From Bacteroidota bacterium (GTDB lineage Bacteria; Bacteroidota; Bacteroidia; Bacteroidales; DTGW01): 41,476 nucleotides of DNA. The DNA lies in assembly GCA_020049015.1 (NCBI GenBank), contig JAIFLP010000101.1:1-41476 (forward strand). The letters are read 5' to 3'. The notes under the pieces were generated by a model. It was not told the DNA's origin, made no database searches, and was given only the letters and a program-made list of their open reading frames with translations. This document shows positions 1-8,246 of this stretch, piece by piece. Numbering within the stretch: position 1 is the stretch's first letter; each line of letters opens with the position of its first letter. The position numbers and the translations under genes are program-made.

Positions 1-609
1 TTCAAGTTCATTATTCAGAAAAATGCAGGACCTGCTGCGGCTCGTAATAATGCAATTAAGAATACTTCTGGCAAGTATATACTACCACTTGATGCAGATG
101 ATAAAATTTCTAAAGATTATATTGGCCTTGCTGTAAAAGTTCTTGAGGCAAGCCCTAATGTAAAGCTTGTTTATTGTGAAGCTGAATTGTTCTTTAAGGC
201 AAAAGGAATTTGGAAGCTGAAAGATTTTTCGCTGAAAGAAATGTTATATGAGAATATGATTTTTTGTTCCGCATTATACAGACGATCGGATTATAATAGC
301 ACTTCTGGTTACGACGAACGTTTTAGGAAGGGTAGAGAGGATTGGGATTTTTGGTTGAGGCTATTAAAAAGCGGTGGAGAAGTGGTGAAGCTTCCTGATG
401 TTCATTTTTATTACCGAAAGCACAAAAAAGCCAGAACGAAATCCGCTAACAAAAATATTGAAGGAATTAGAAAGCTTATTTATGAAAATCATAAAGAGTT
501 ATATAATGATTTTTTTGATAATCCGATCAATATATATCACCAGCATGCATTTTATAAGACTAAGTATAATATTTTAAGAAAATTAACATTTAGAAAACCA
601 ATTGAATAG
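1..609 (+). CDS. Glycosyltransferase family 2 (5'-truncated by window edge)
   Basis: Frame 1 is open from base 1 (FKFIIQKNAGPAAARNNAIKNTSGKYILPLDADDKI...). It has the GT-A 'N-G-AARN' and DADD motifs and a later EDWDFWLR motif. The ORF-track start at 187 is internal. Confidence 0.9.
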   Translation, partial: FKFIIQKNAGPAAARNNAIKNTSGKYILPLDADDKISKDYIGLAVKVLEASPNVKLVYCEAELFFKAKGIWKLKDFSLKEMLYENMIFCSALYRRSDYNSTSGYDERFRKGREDWDFWLRLLKSGGEVVKLPDVHFYYRKHKKARTKSANKNIEGIRKLIYENHKELYNDFFDNPINIYHQHAFYKTKYNILRKLTFRKPIE

Positions 610-614
610 AGGCT

Positions 615-1400
615 ATGGTTTCATTAATTATTTCTTTTTATAAAGACATTATTGCTCTTGATTTAATATTTAAAACATTGAGTATTCAGACTTGTAAAGA
701 TTTTGAAGTAATTGTAGCAGAAGATGATAATGCTGTTTTGTCAAAAGAATTTATTGATAATGCTAAATCTATTTACTTTTTCCCGATTAAACATGTCTCT
801 CATGAAAAGTTAGGCTTCCGTAAAACCAAAATATTGAACGATGCAATAAAAATTTCTTCAAGCGAAAAGCTTGTTTTTATTGACGGCGATTGCTTGTTGC
901 ATAAACGATTTATTGAATCATATACTCAATTTATTAATGAGAATGGTTATTATTATGGCCGACGTGTCATGCTGTCTCCGTCGATAACAAAAAAAATATC
1001 TATTACTGGCGATATTTCGTTATTAAATAGTCTCTCTTTTATTCTTCATCGAGTACCCAATCCTGTCTCTTGGTTGTATTTACCTTTAGTTCCACAAGTT
1101 GCGAAGAGTAGCCGCGAGATTTGGGGTTGTAATTGGGGTGTTTTAAAAAAGTATGTAATAGGTGTAAATGGTTTTGATGAGGATTATAATGCCGCATGTT
1201 ATGGAGAAGATTTAGACATTGCTTGGAGATTGAAAAAAAAATACGAATTGAAACTGTATTCACTTCGCACCAGAGTAATTCAATATCATCTTGATCATCG
1301 TAAAAGCTATGAACAGCATGCCTTGCGTGAGTTGTATATAGAAAAAGTTAATGCGGCGATTGCTTTCTGTAAAAATGGAATTGAGAAACAGGCTTTATAA
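615..1400 (+). CDS. Glycosyltransferase family 2
   Basis: Motifs SLIISFY, EVIVAEDD, FIDGDC (DxD) and WGCNW...VNGFDE...GEDLD. Confidence 0.9.
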   Translation: MVSLIISFYKDIIALDLIFKTLSIQTCKDFEVIVAEDDNAVLSKEFIDNAKSIYFFPIKHVSHEKLGFRKTKILNDAIKISSSEKLVFIDGDCLLHKRFIESYTQFINENGYYYGRRVMLSPSITKKISITGDISLLNSLSFILHRVPNPVSWLYLPLVPQVAKSSREIWGCNWGVLKKYVIGVNGFDEDYNAACYGEDLDIAWRLKKKYELKLYSLRTRVIQYHLDHRKSYEQHALRELYIEKVNAAIAFCKNGIEKQAL

Positions 1401-4400
1401 TTTTGGTAAGGTAATAATGAATTTGCTTCCCTTTCCAAGTGTGCTTTCAACTGAAATACTGCCTTTATGTAGTTGAATAAATTCTTTGCAAATTATTAAA
1501 CCCAAGCCGGTTCCTCTTTCACCTTGCGTGCCCGGAAGGGTAATATTTGAGTCAATTCGGAATAGCTTTTTAATTGTCGATTCATCCATACCTATGCCAT
1601 TGTCTTCAATTATTATTTCAATATTTCTTGTTGGATTAGAGTTATTATATAGGCTTATTATGCCGTCGTTGGGGGTAAATTTTATTGAATTACTTATTAA
1701 ATTTCTTATAATAGTTAGCAACATATTTACATCGCCATTAACTTGCAATTCTTTATCTATAGTGTTTTGAAGAGTTATCTTCTTTTTATCTGCACTCAAT
1801 TGTAATAGTATGAAGCATTGTTTTACAATTTCTGACACATAAAAAATCTCTGGTTTAAACTGAATATTTCCTGATTGAGATCGTGCCCAAGTAAGTAAGT
1901 TCTCTAGCAGCATGGAGGCACTGTTTGAAGATTCTTTGATCATTTTGATCATTTCATTTCTTTGAATTTCATCAATTTCTTTCATTTCTAATAAAAGTTG
2001 AGACAATCCGCTAATTGAGTGAAATGGATTTTTTAAATCATGCCCAATAATGGAGAAGAACTTATCTTTTGTTGCATTGAGTTGAATCAATTCAATGGCC
2101 TGTTTTTCTAGTGATTCTTTTTGAACTATAACTTCTTCTTGCCTTTCTTCTAAAATAGTATTAAGTGATTGTAGCTCCTCTTTCTGCTGCAATAATTCTT
2201 CTTTTTGTGCGCTTAAATCTCTGTTTACCATTCTTAATACTTCAGAATGCTGTTTAATTTCTTTTGTTTTTTCACGCACCAGTTTTTCTAGTTTATTCTT
2301 TTGTATTTTAATTTGCTTAATTCTGCCCCAGAAGATTAATGAGATGGATAAAACTATTAAAGCTAAAGACAAAAACCTGAACCACCATGTTCTCCAATAG
2401 GGTGGATGTACTATAATTTGAAGGCTAGTGGGTATAGTTTGCCATATATCATCAGGATTGCATGATATCACATCCAATTGGTATTTTCCCGGATCTAATG
2501 AAGTAAAATTAATGCTGTTTAGTGGGTATTCAATTTGTATCCAATTTGTAAAATTTTTATCGAAGCCAATCAATCTATATCTATATTTAGTGGCTTTCGT
2601 ATTGCCCATATGACTTGAAAAAAGATGGAATGTAATTATTTTATGATCATAATTGAATTCAATGGTTTGAGTTTCATCTATAGGTTTTTTTAGAATTATA
2701 GTGTTACCTAACGGTACATTAGGTAATATCTCACTTCCAAATACACTAACTTTATAAAACAGTGATTTTGGCTCTGTGGTATCTGTTATAAACATGCAAG
2801 GATTGAATAAAGTGATTCCATTTTGTCCTCCAAATAAGAATAATCCTTCTTTATTTACGTAACTGGCATTATGGTTGAATTCACTATCTCTTAATCCATC
2901 TGATTTATCAAAATTATTGAATGTACTGGTTTTTGTGTTAAAGGTTTTTATGCCTGAATTGGTGCTCAGCCAAATATTTCCATCCTTGTCTTCACTCATG
3001 CAATAAATTTTGTCCTTTTTAAGATCGTTTTGTTGATGCAATTTCTGATATTGCTTAGTTGTATCAAATTCAATTAATCCTGATGCTGTAGCTGAATAGT
3101 ATTTATTATTTTTAGTTTTCAGTATTTGAAATGAATGCTCAATGCTATTTTTATTATCAATAAGAATATAGCTTTTCGATTTTTTAAGAAAAGGGTTGAA
3201 TACTACTATGCCTTTATCATCTGTTGCTAATATTATATTGCCATTTTCAAAAAAATCGATATCCCATATTTGCTGTGACATAATTCCTGATTTTCCGGAT
3301 GAATCATAAGGAAAACATTTAAATTGCCCACTTGTTTGATCATATATTTCTAAACCTTTATCGAGACTCGCAATAAAAATATTTTTCCCTTTTTGCTTCA
3401 TGATTCTGATAGACCAGCCTTTAATACTAAATAGATCATTTTCATCATTGCGAATCCATTTAGAACGGTTGTTTTTTAAATCAATTTCTGTAATTGCTAA
3501 ATTGTAAGTACCTATCCAGTATTTATCATTTCCTAAATCTAATATGGATGAGATCATATTAGAATGTATTTTTAAACCGTTAGTAGCGCTATGAAGTATT
3601 TTTTTGAATCTAAATTCTTTGTCAGTAATAACTAGTCCATCTGTAAATGTGCCTATTAAATAGTCTCCTTGAGAGTTTTGATAAATATCAGTTGTGCTAA
3701 TTTCTGCATTCTTTGATTTTGACGTTGGTATCAGTTGGTGTTTAAATTTACTTTGACCTGTATAATGATAATTTACTCCCTTCATTGTCCCAATCCAAAA
3801 ATTTTTGTATTTGTCTATATAAAAACAAGTTAAACTATGTGGAGATAAAGCATTATTTTTCGAAAATGTGTTATTATATGTATATTCTTCACTCGCTTTA
3901 TTATAAGTTATTAAGCCAACAGAAGTATTAATAAATAAGAAACGCTCATCTCCGGTGATGGATAAAATATCAACAATAGGAGAATTGTTTTTTTGAATAA
4001 GTTTGATTTCACGAAAACTTGTTAATTCCGAATCTATTTTTGTAAAGTATTCGTGCGCTGTTACCCAAATGGTATTACTTTTATCTATAAAAACTTGAAA
4101 TGCAGCGCTTTTATTACTTGGTTTATAATGATACAATTCTTTGCTGAAGTTGTGGTTGTATATAAATAGCCCATTTGTAGATGTAATATATTGTTTATTT
4201 TCATGACTCTTGATTTGATTTATAAAACCGAGCTTATTTTCGGGTAATGAAATTCTCTTCCTTTCAAAGCTTTTAGAGTTTATTGTAAATATGTATTTAT
4301 TATTACGCGCAATTAAATTGCCTTCGTTATCTTCTGATTGAATTGTCAAAATATCTAGTTTAACTGCATTATAATCTTTGGAATATATATGCTTGAAATT

Positions 4401-4745
4401 ATCTTGCTCAGGCTGATATAATGAAATTGCAGAGTTAGTTGTAATATATAGTTGGCCATTTTTACTCTCATAAATATATTTTATTTCTGAATCTTTTAAG
4501 GAATTTGTGTTTTCAGATTGTATGGTGGTTTGATATGTTTTTATTTCGTAACCATTAAGCTTATTTAAACCAACCGAAGTTCCTACCCAAATATATCCTT
4601 TTTTGTCTTGTAAAATACAATTAACAATATTGTTACTCAGACCTTGATCGGTAGAGACGCTTTCAAATTCCATTTGGGGGAATTGACCAAATGCATAAAT
4701 GCTGATGAAGAATAGTGAAAATATGAATGCTGTTTTTAATCTCAC
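1395..4745 (-). CDS. Membrane sensor histidine kinase with periplasmic beta-propeller (Reg_prop) and Y_Y_Y domains; no receiver or AraC domain
   Basis: GTG start, signal peptide, repeated 'DxxGxIWVGTxxGL' propeller motifs, YRYRLIGFD/PGKYQL (Y_Y_Y), PPYWRTWWF + TM helix, coiled coil, H-box FFSIIGHDLKNP, N-box NLISNSIKF, DNGIGM and GTGLGL. Confidence 0.92.
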   Translation of the reverse strand: MRLKTAFIFSLFFISIYAFGQFPQMEFESVSTDQGLSNNIVNCILQDKKGYIWVGTSVGLNKLNGYEIKTYQTTIQSENTNSLKDSEIKYIYESKNGQLYITTNSAISLYQPEQDNFKHIYSKDYNAVKLDILTIQSEDNEGNLIARNNKYIFTINSKSFERKRISLPENKLGFINQIKSHENKQYITSTNGLFIYNHNFSKELYHYKPSNKSAAFQVFIDKSNTIWVTAHEYFTKIDSELTSFREIKLIQKNNSPIVDILSITGDERFLFINTSVGLITYNKASEEYTYNNTFSKNNALSPHSLTCFYIDKYKNFWIGTMKGVNYHYTGQSKFKHQLIPTSKSKNAEISTTDIYQNSQGDYLIGTFTDGLVITDKEFRFKKILHSATNGLKIHSNMISSILDLGNDKYWIGTYNLAITEIDLKNNRSKWIRNDENDLFSIKGWSIRIMKQKGKNIFIASLDKGLEIYDQTSGQFKCFPYDSSGKSGIMSQQIWDIDFFENGNIILATDDKGIVVFNPFLKKSKSYILIDNKNSIEHSFQILKTKNNKYYSATASGLIEFDTTKQYQKLHQQNDLKKDKIYCMSEDKDGNIWLSTNSGIKTFNTKTSTFNNFDKSDGLRDSEFNHNASYVNKEGLFLFGGQNGITLFNPCMFITDTTEPKSLFYKVSVFGSEILPNVPLGNTIILKKPIDETQTIEFNYDHKIITFHLFSSHMGNTKATKYRYRLIGFDKNFTNWIQIEYPLNSINFTSLDPGKYQLDVISCNPDDIWQTIPTSLQIIVHPPYWRTWWFRFLSLALIVLSISLIFWGRIKQIKIQKNKLEKLVREKTKEIKQHSEVLRMVNRDLSAQKEELLQQKEELQSLNTILEERQEEVIVQKESLEKQAIELIQLNATKDKFFSIIGHDLKNPFHSISGLSQLLLEMKEIDEIQRNEMIKMIKESSNSASMLLENLLTWARSQSGNIQFKPEIFYVSEIVKQCFILLQLSADKKKITLQNTIDKELQVNGDVNMLLTIIRNLISNSIKFTPNDGIISLYNNSNPTRNIEIIIEDNGIGMDESTIKKLFRIDSNITLPGTQGERGTGLGLIICKEFIQLHKGSISVESTLGKGSKFIITLPKL

Positions 4746-4854
4746 AATATAAATGATATTTTTAGTGTACGATTTCTTTTAAAATAGGTTTTCTTAAACT
4801 AATTAAATAAGTTATTATAAAATATATTTACTTAATTGCGAAGCTTGTATGCTT

Positions 4855-5286
4855 TTATTTTCCGGCCAGCAAGTCTGCCATATCCATTTTCTCAACTTTA
4901 CTCATGCCACTTATATCATCTAAGGCATGTTGAATTTTGGTTTTGAATTTCCAACAGGTCATTTGCCGCAACGATAGCTGGCGCGCAAATTCATAACTTG
5001 ACGTGGACGATTCTCCTTTGCATACTTGCCAGGCAATATAAAAGGCTTTGTGCATTGGAAATTTACAGTTATGAAATAAGGTATGTGCTGAGGCCGACTC
5101 TTCCGTCTTGCATTTGGTGCAACGACGGGAATAAGGCGATTTACCAGAGCAAGAATTAAGATTCCCACATTTCTTACATTCAAAACCATTTTCCCATTTA
5201 ACTTTAGCTAAAAATGCCAGACAATAATCATCATCCTGAAACAATCTATCCAACTCTTCTTTGCTCAATTCGTTTTTGAAAATCAT
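4855..5286 (-). CDS. Stand-alone IS1595-type zinc-ribbon/HTH protein lacking a DDE catalytic domain; possible regulator
   Basis: 'CLAFLAKVKWENGFECKKCG...RRCTKC...TLFH...KFP...W...SSYEFARQLSLRQMTCWKF' matches the N-terminal Zn-ribbon + HTH of IS1595 transposases. The ORF ends at 143 aa with no DDE domain, and no terminal inverted repeats are visible. Confidence 0.7.
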   Translation of the reverse strand: MIFKNELSKEELDRLFQDDDYCLAFLAKVKWENGFECKKCGNLNSCSGKSPYSRRCTKCKTEESASAHTLFHNCKFPMHKAFYIAWQVCKGESSTSSYEFARQLSLRQMTCWKFKTKIQHALDDISGMSKVEKMDMADLLAGK

Positions 5287-5306
5287 TTTTAACTTATTGA
5301 TTTTGG

Positions 5307-5314
5307 CAAAGGTA
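5307..5314 (-). promoter_or_regulatory. Bacteroidota sigma-A -7 element (TACCTTTG) for the zinc-ribbon gene
   Basis: Matches TAnnTTTG about 20 nt upstream of the ATG at 5286. Confidence 0.65.
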
Positions 5315-5378
5315 AGATATTTTTTAGTGATATTAACATAATTTAAGTGATACTATTGTGATTCAAATAAAAATGTTC

Positions 5379-5386
5379 TATCTTTG
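5379..5386 (+). promoter_or_regulatory. Bacteroidota sigma-A -7 element (TATCTTTG) for the 5402-9515 operon
   Basis: TAnnTTTG 15 nt upstream of the ATG at 5402, with a TTG (-33-like) at 5356-5358. Confidence 0.7.
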
Positions 5387-5401
5387 TAAAAATTAAATGA
5401 A

Positions 5402-5638
5402 ATGGGAGCTTCTTGTGATGTTAAGAATAAGCCAGTTGGTGTTAAAGAATTATTGAGATCATGGTATTTTTGGAAACCAGTTTTAGGTATCTTTGTAGGC
5501 GCGATTGCTGGTTTTGCATATTATTATTTTGTGGGCTGTAAATCAGGTACTTGTCCGATAAATTCAAACCCATATATAAGCACAGCTTGGGGCGGATTAT
5601 TGGGTTACTTTTTGGTGAGCCCTTGTAAATCGTGTTAA
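5402..5638 (+). CDS. Small two-TM membrane protein, DUF6132-like (GC-SGTCPI-SNP motif)
   Basis: Two hydrophobic Gly-rich helices flank 'VGCKSGTCPINSNP', with a C-terminal CKSC. It is the first gene of the operon. Confidence 0.75.
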   Translation: MGASCDVKNKPVGVKELLRSWYFWKPVLGIFVGAIAGFAYYYFVGCKSGTCPINSNPYISTAWGGLLGYFLVSPCKSC

Positions 5639-5649
5639 ATTGATTTGGT

Positions 5650-6300
5650 ATGATGGTAGAAGAAATAAATAAAAGGTATTCTGGTTTGGCCGAAAGCAAT
5701 TGTTGTCTTTCATGTGGCGGGGCTGTAAATTATGTTGAGGCGCAGAAAGGTGAAGTATGTGTTGATTTGGGTTGCGGTAGAGGCAATGACGTACTGCGTT
5801 TAGCTGAAAAGGTTGGTGACGAAGGCTTTGTATATGGAATTGATATTTCAGATGGAATGATAACTAAGGCTCGTGAAAATGCGGCTAAATTTGATGTGAA
5901 AAACGTTGAATTTATTCAATGCGAACTCGAAAAGCTTACAATACCCCAAGGAAGAGCAAATGTTGTTATTTCAAATTGTGTACTGAATCATGCTTCGAAT
6001 AAACAAAAGGTTTGGCATGAAATTTATAAGGTATTAAAATATGGTGGCAGGTTTATCGTTAGTGATATATACTCAATTGAGCCTGTACCTGCAGAATTCC
6101 GCAACGATCCTTCTGCAGTTGCCGAATGCTGGGCTGGTGCTGTTCCTAAAGAAGAATATTTATTAAATATTCAAAGGGCTGGTTTTATAGATGTTGAAAT
6201 TATTGAAGAATCCCAGCCTTATCAGAAAGGGAAAATCCATGTTGCCAGTTTTACAGTAGCAGGTTTTAAGCCTAAAGGCGTTTGTTGTTGTTCAGTATAA
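5650..6300 (+). CDS. SAM-dependent methyltransferase, arsenite methyltransferase (ArsM)-like
   Basis: Class I motif VDLGCGRG, GIDISDGM, ISNCVLN and ECWAGA (ArsM-type As-binding Cys positions), N-terminal CCLSCG and C-terminal CCC. Confidence 0.75.
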   Translation: MMVEEINKRYSGLAESNCCLSCGGAVNYVEAQKGEVCVDLGCGRGNDVLRLAEKVGDEGFVYGIDISDGMITKARENAAKFDVKNVEFIQCELEKLTIPQGRANVVISNCVLNHASNKQKVWHEIYKVLKYGGRFIVSDIYSIEPVPAEFRNDPSAVAECWAGAVPKEEYLLNIQRAGFIDVEIIEESQPYQKGKIHVASFTVAGFKPKGVCCCSV

Positions 6301-6315
6301 TTAATAATTGTTAAT

Positions 6316-6804
6316 ATGGATAAAAAGGTTTTTTTAGTATTAGTGGCATTTGCCTTTACAGTAACTGCCTGTCAGGCTCGCAGTGAAAAATCTGCTGCTG
6401 AAGAGTCTGCTGTGGTTAAAGAAGAAAACGCCGCTGGTTCTGTAATTTATTTAACTACAGCCCAGTTTAAACAAAAGGTATTCAACTATGATGTAAATAA
6501 GGAATGGAAATATGAAGGTGATTTGCCTTGTATTCTCGATTTTTATGCAGATTGGTGCGGACCTTGCCGAATGATTGCACCTACTTTGGAGCAATTGGCT
6601 AAAGAATATTCCGGTAAAATATATGTTTATAAAATTAATACCGATAAGGAAAAAGAATTAGCCCAGTATTTAGGGATTCAAAGCTTGCCTACCTTAGTAT
6701 TTGTGCCATTGAAAGGGGCTCCTCAGGTTTCAATGGGAGCAATGCCTAAGGAAACATTTGTAAAAACTATTAATGATGTAATGCTAAATAATAACAACAA
6801 ATAA
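6316..6804 (+). CDS. Thioredoxin with lipoprotein signal peptide
   Basis: DFYADWCGPC active site and cis-Pro loop SLPT. The N-terminus MDKKVFLVLVAFAFTVTA-C looks like an SPII signal/lipobox. Confidence 0.88.
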   Translation: MDKKVFLVLVAFAFTVTACQARSEKSAAEESAVVKEENAAGSVIYLTTAQFKQKVFNYDVNKEWKYEGDLPCILDFYADWCGPCRMIAPTLEQLAKEYSGKIYVYKINTDKEKELAQYLGIQSLPTLVFVPLKGAPQVSMGAMPKETFVKTINDVMLNNNNK

Positions 6805-6820
6805 TTTAAATCTAATAATT

Positions 6821-6919
6821 ATGAAAACGTTAATTAAAAAACAAAAGGAAAACCGCAAAGAAAAGGTGGCTCAATGCTGTGCTAAAACATCAAAAACTGT
6901 AGCTGGTTGTCACGACTAG
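6821..6919 (+). CDS. Putative RiPP precursor peptide, 32 aa (MKTLIKKQKENRKEKVAQCCAKTSKTVAGCHD)
   Basis: Read directly from the sequence and absent from the ORF track. ATG at 6821 follows an A/T-rich Bacteroidota-type initiation region, and TAG at 6917-6919 ends 1 nt before the ATG of the rSAM/SPASM gene. It has a Lys-rich leader-like half and a Cys/Thr/Ser core-like half. Confidence 0.8.
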   Translation: MKTLIKKQKENRKEKVAQCCAKTSKTVAGCHD

Positions 6920-6920
6920 T

Positions 6921-8225
6921 ATGTACTTTTCAAGATATAATATATTTTCGAAAGTTAGAGATTCAGATAATTATTTTATTCTGAATCTCCTTTCAGGAAA
7001 TGCAGATATATTAAGTCCTGAGGAAGCTAGTTTAATAAGCAGTAAGCAATACGATAAGTTACCTAAGCTTGTAGAATTGGGTTATTATGTTGATGAACAA
7101 CTGGAAAAAAAGTTGTTCATGAATAAGTATCTCGACTTTATTGATGAACGCGATAAAGATGAAGTTCAATTGTTTTTTGTAACTAATTATTCTTGCAATT
7201 TTGCTTGTTTCTATTGTTATCAGGATGAATATGAGGCCGCTGTTACAAGTCTTACAACCGATGTGATTGATTCATGTTTTGAATACGTAAGAAACAATTT
7301 TGCAGGTAAGAGATGCTATTTTACTATTTTTGGAGGTGAGCCTTTACTTCCTTCTGAAAGTCAAATGTCAGTGATTCAGTACTTTCTTGAGAAAGCTAAA
7401 GTTGCCGGAATAGAAACATGTATTGTTACCAATGGTTATTCTCTTTCTAATTACATCCCTATATTAAAGGATATGATGATAAGAGAAATTCAGGTTACAC
7501 TTGATGGAACTGAAGCCATACATAATGAAAGAAGATATTTAAAAAGCAAAAAAGGAACATTTAACGAAATTGTAAGTGGAATTGATTCTTGCTTGGCTGC
7601 AAAAATTCCTGTGAATCTTAGGATGGTAATTGATAAACTGAATGTTGATAATTTACCTGAATTCTCTGAATTTGCTATCCAGAAAGCATGGACTAAAAAT
7701 CCGCTTTTTAAAACGCAATTGGGTAGAAATTATGAGCTTCATCACTGCCAGTCTTTAAAAGACAAGCTTTTTTCTAGAATAGAAATGTATACGCATATTT
7801 ATCATCTATTACTTCAATATCCTCATATAGCAGAATTCTATAAACCAGCTTTTTCAGTTTCTAAGTTTGTATTTGAACATGGCGATTTACCGGATCCATT
7901 ATTTGATTCGTGCCCCGCATGTAAAACAGAATGGGCTTTTGATTATACCGGAAAGATTTATCCTTGTACAGCTACTGTCGGAAAAAAAGGTGAAGAATTG
8001 GGAAGTTTTTATCCAACAGTTAGCTTGAATCAAGCTAAGGTTGATGATTGGATCTCAAGAGATGTTACTTCTATCAGTGAATGTAAATCATGCGAGTTGC
8101 AATTAGCATGCGGTGGAGGATGCGGCTCTGTTGCTAAAAATAATAAAGGTTCTGTATGCAATTCTGATTGCAGACCAGTAAAAGAATTATTAGAAATGGG
8201 TTTCGCTTATTATTTTAAAGAATAG
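6921..8225 (+). CDS. Radical SAM/SPASM-domain peptide maturase
   Basis: CNFACFYC (CxxxCxxC), FGGEPLL, VTNG and QVTLDG. The SPASM region reads CPAC...GKIYPC...CKSC-x5-C-GGG-C...C-x3-C. An ~80-aa N-terminal extension (SRYN...FILNLLSG) is RRE/PqqD-like. Confidence 0.92.
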   Translation: MYFSRYNIFSKVRDSDNYFILNLLSGNADILSPEEASLISSKQYDKLPKLVELGYYVDEQLEKKLFMNKYLDFIDERDKDEVQLFFVTNYSCNFACFYCYQDEYEAAVTSLTTDVIDSCFEYVRNNFAGKRCYFTIFGGEPLLPSESQMSVIQYFLEKAKVAGIETCIVTNGYSLSNYIPILKDMMIREIQVTLDGTEAIHNERRYLKSKKGTFNEIVSGIDSCLAAKIPVNLRMVIDKLNVDNLPEFSEFAIQKAWTKNPLFKTQLGRNYELHHCQSLKDKLFSRIEMYTHIYHLLLQYPHIAEFYKPAFSVSKFVFEHGDLPDPLFDSCPACKTEWAFDYTGKIYPCTATVGKKGEELGSFYPTVSLNQAKVDDWISRDVTSISECKSCELQLACGGGCGSVAKNNKGSVCNSDCRPVKELLEMGFAYYFKE

Positions 8226-8246
8226 TCAATTATTAAATATTTTTTT

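Noticed and set aside
4855-5286. Active IS1595-family insertion sequence
   Set aside because: It has no DDE domain, no terminal inverted repeats and no target duplication that I can see.
6921-8225. Anaerobic sulfatase maturase or ArsL (arsinothricin) identity for the radical SAM
   Set aside because: There is no sulfatase nearby, it has an N-terminal RRE-like extension and an adjacent peptide, and the SPASM architecture is not what I recognise as ArsL.
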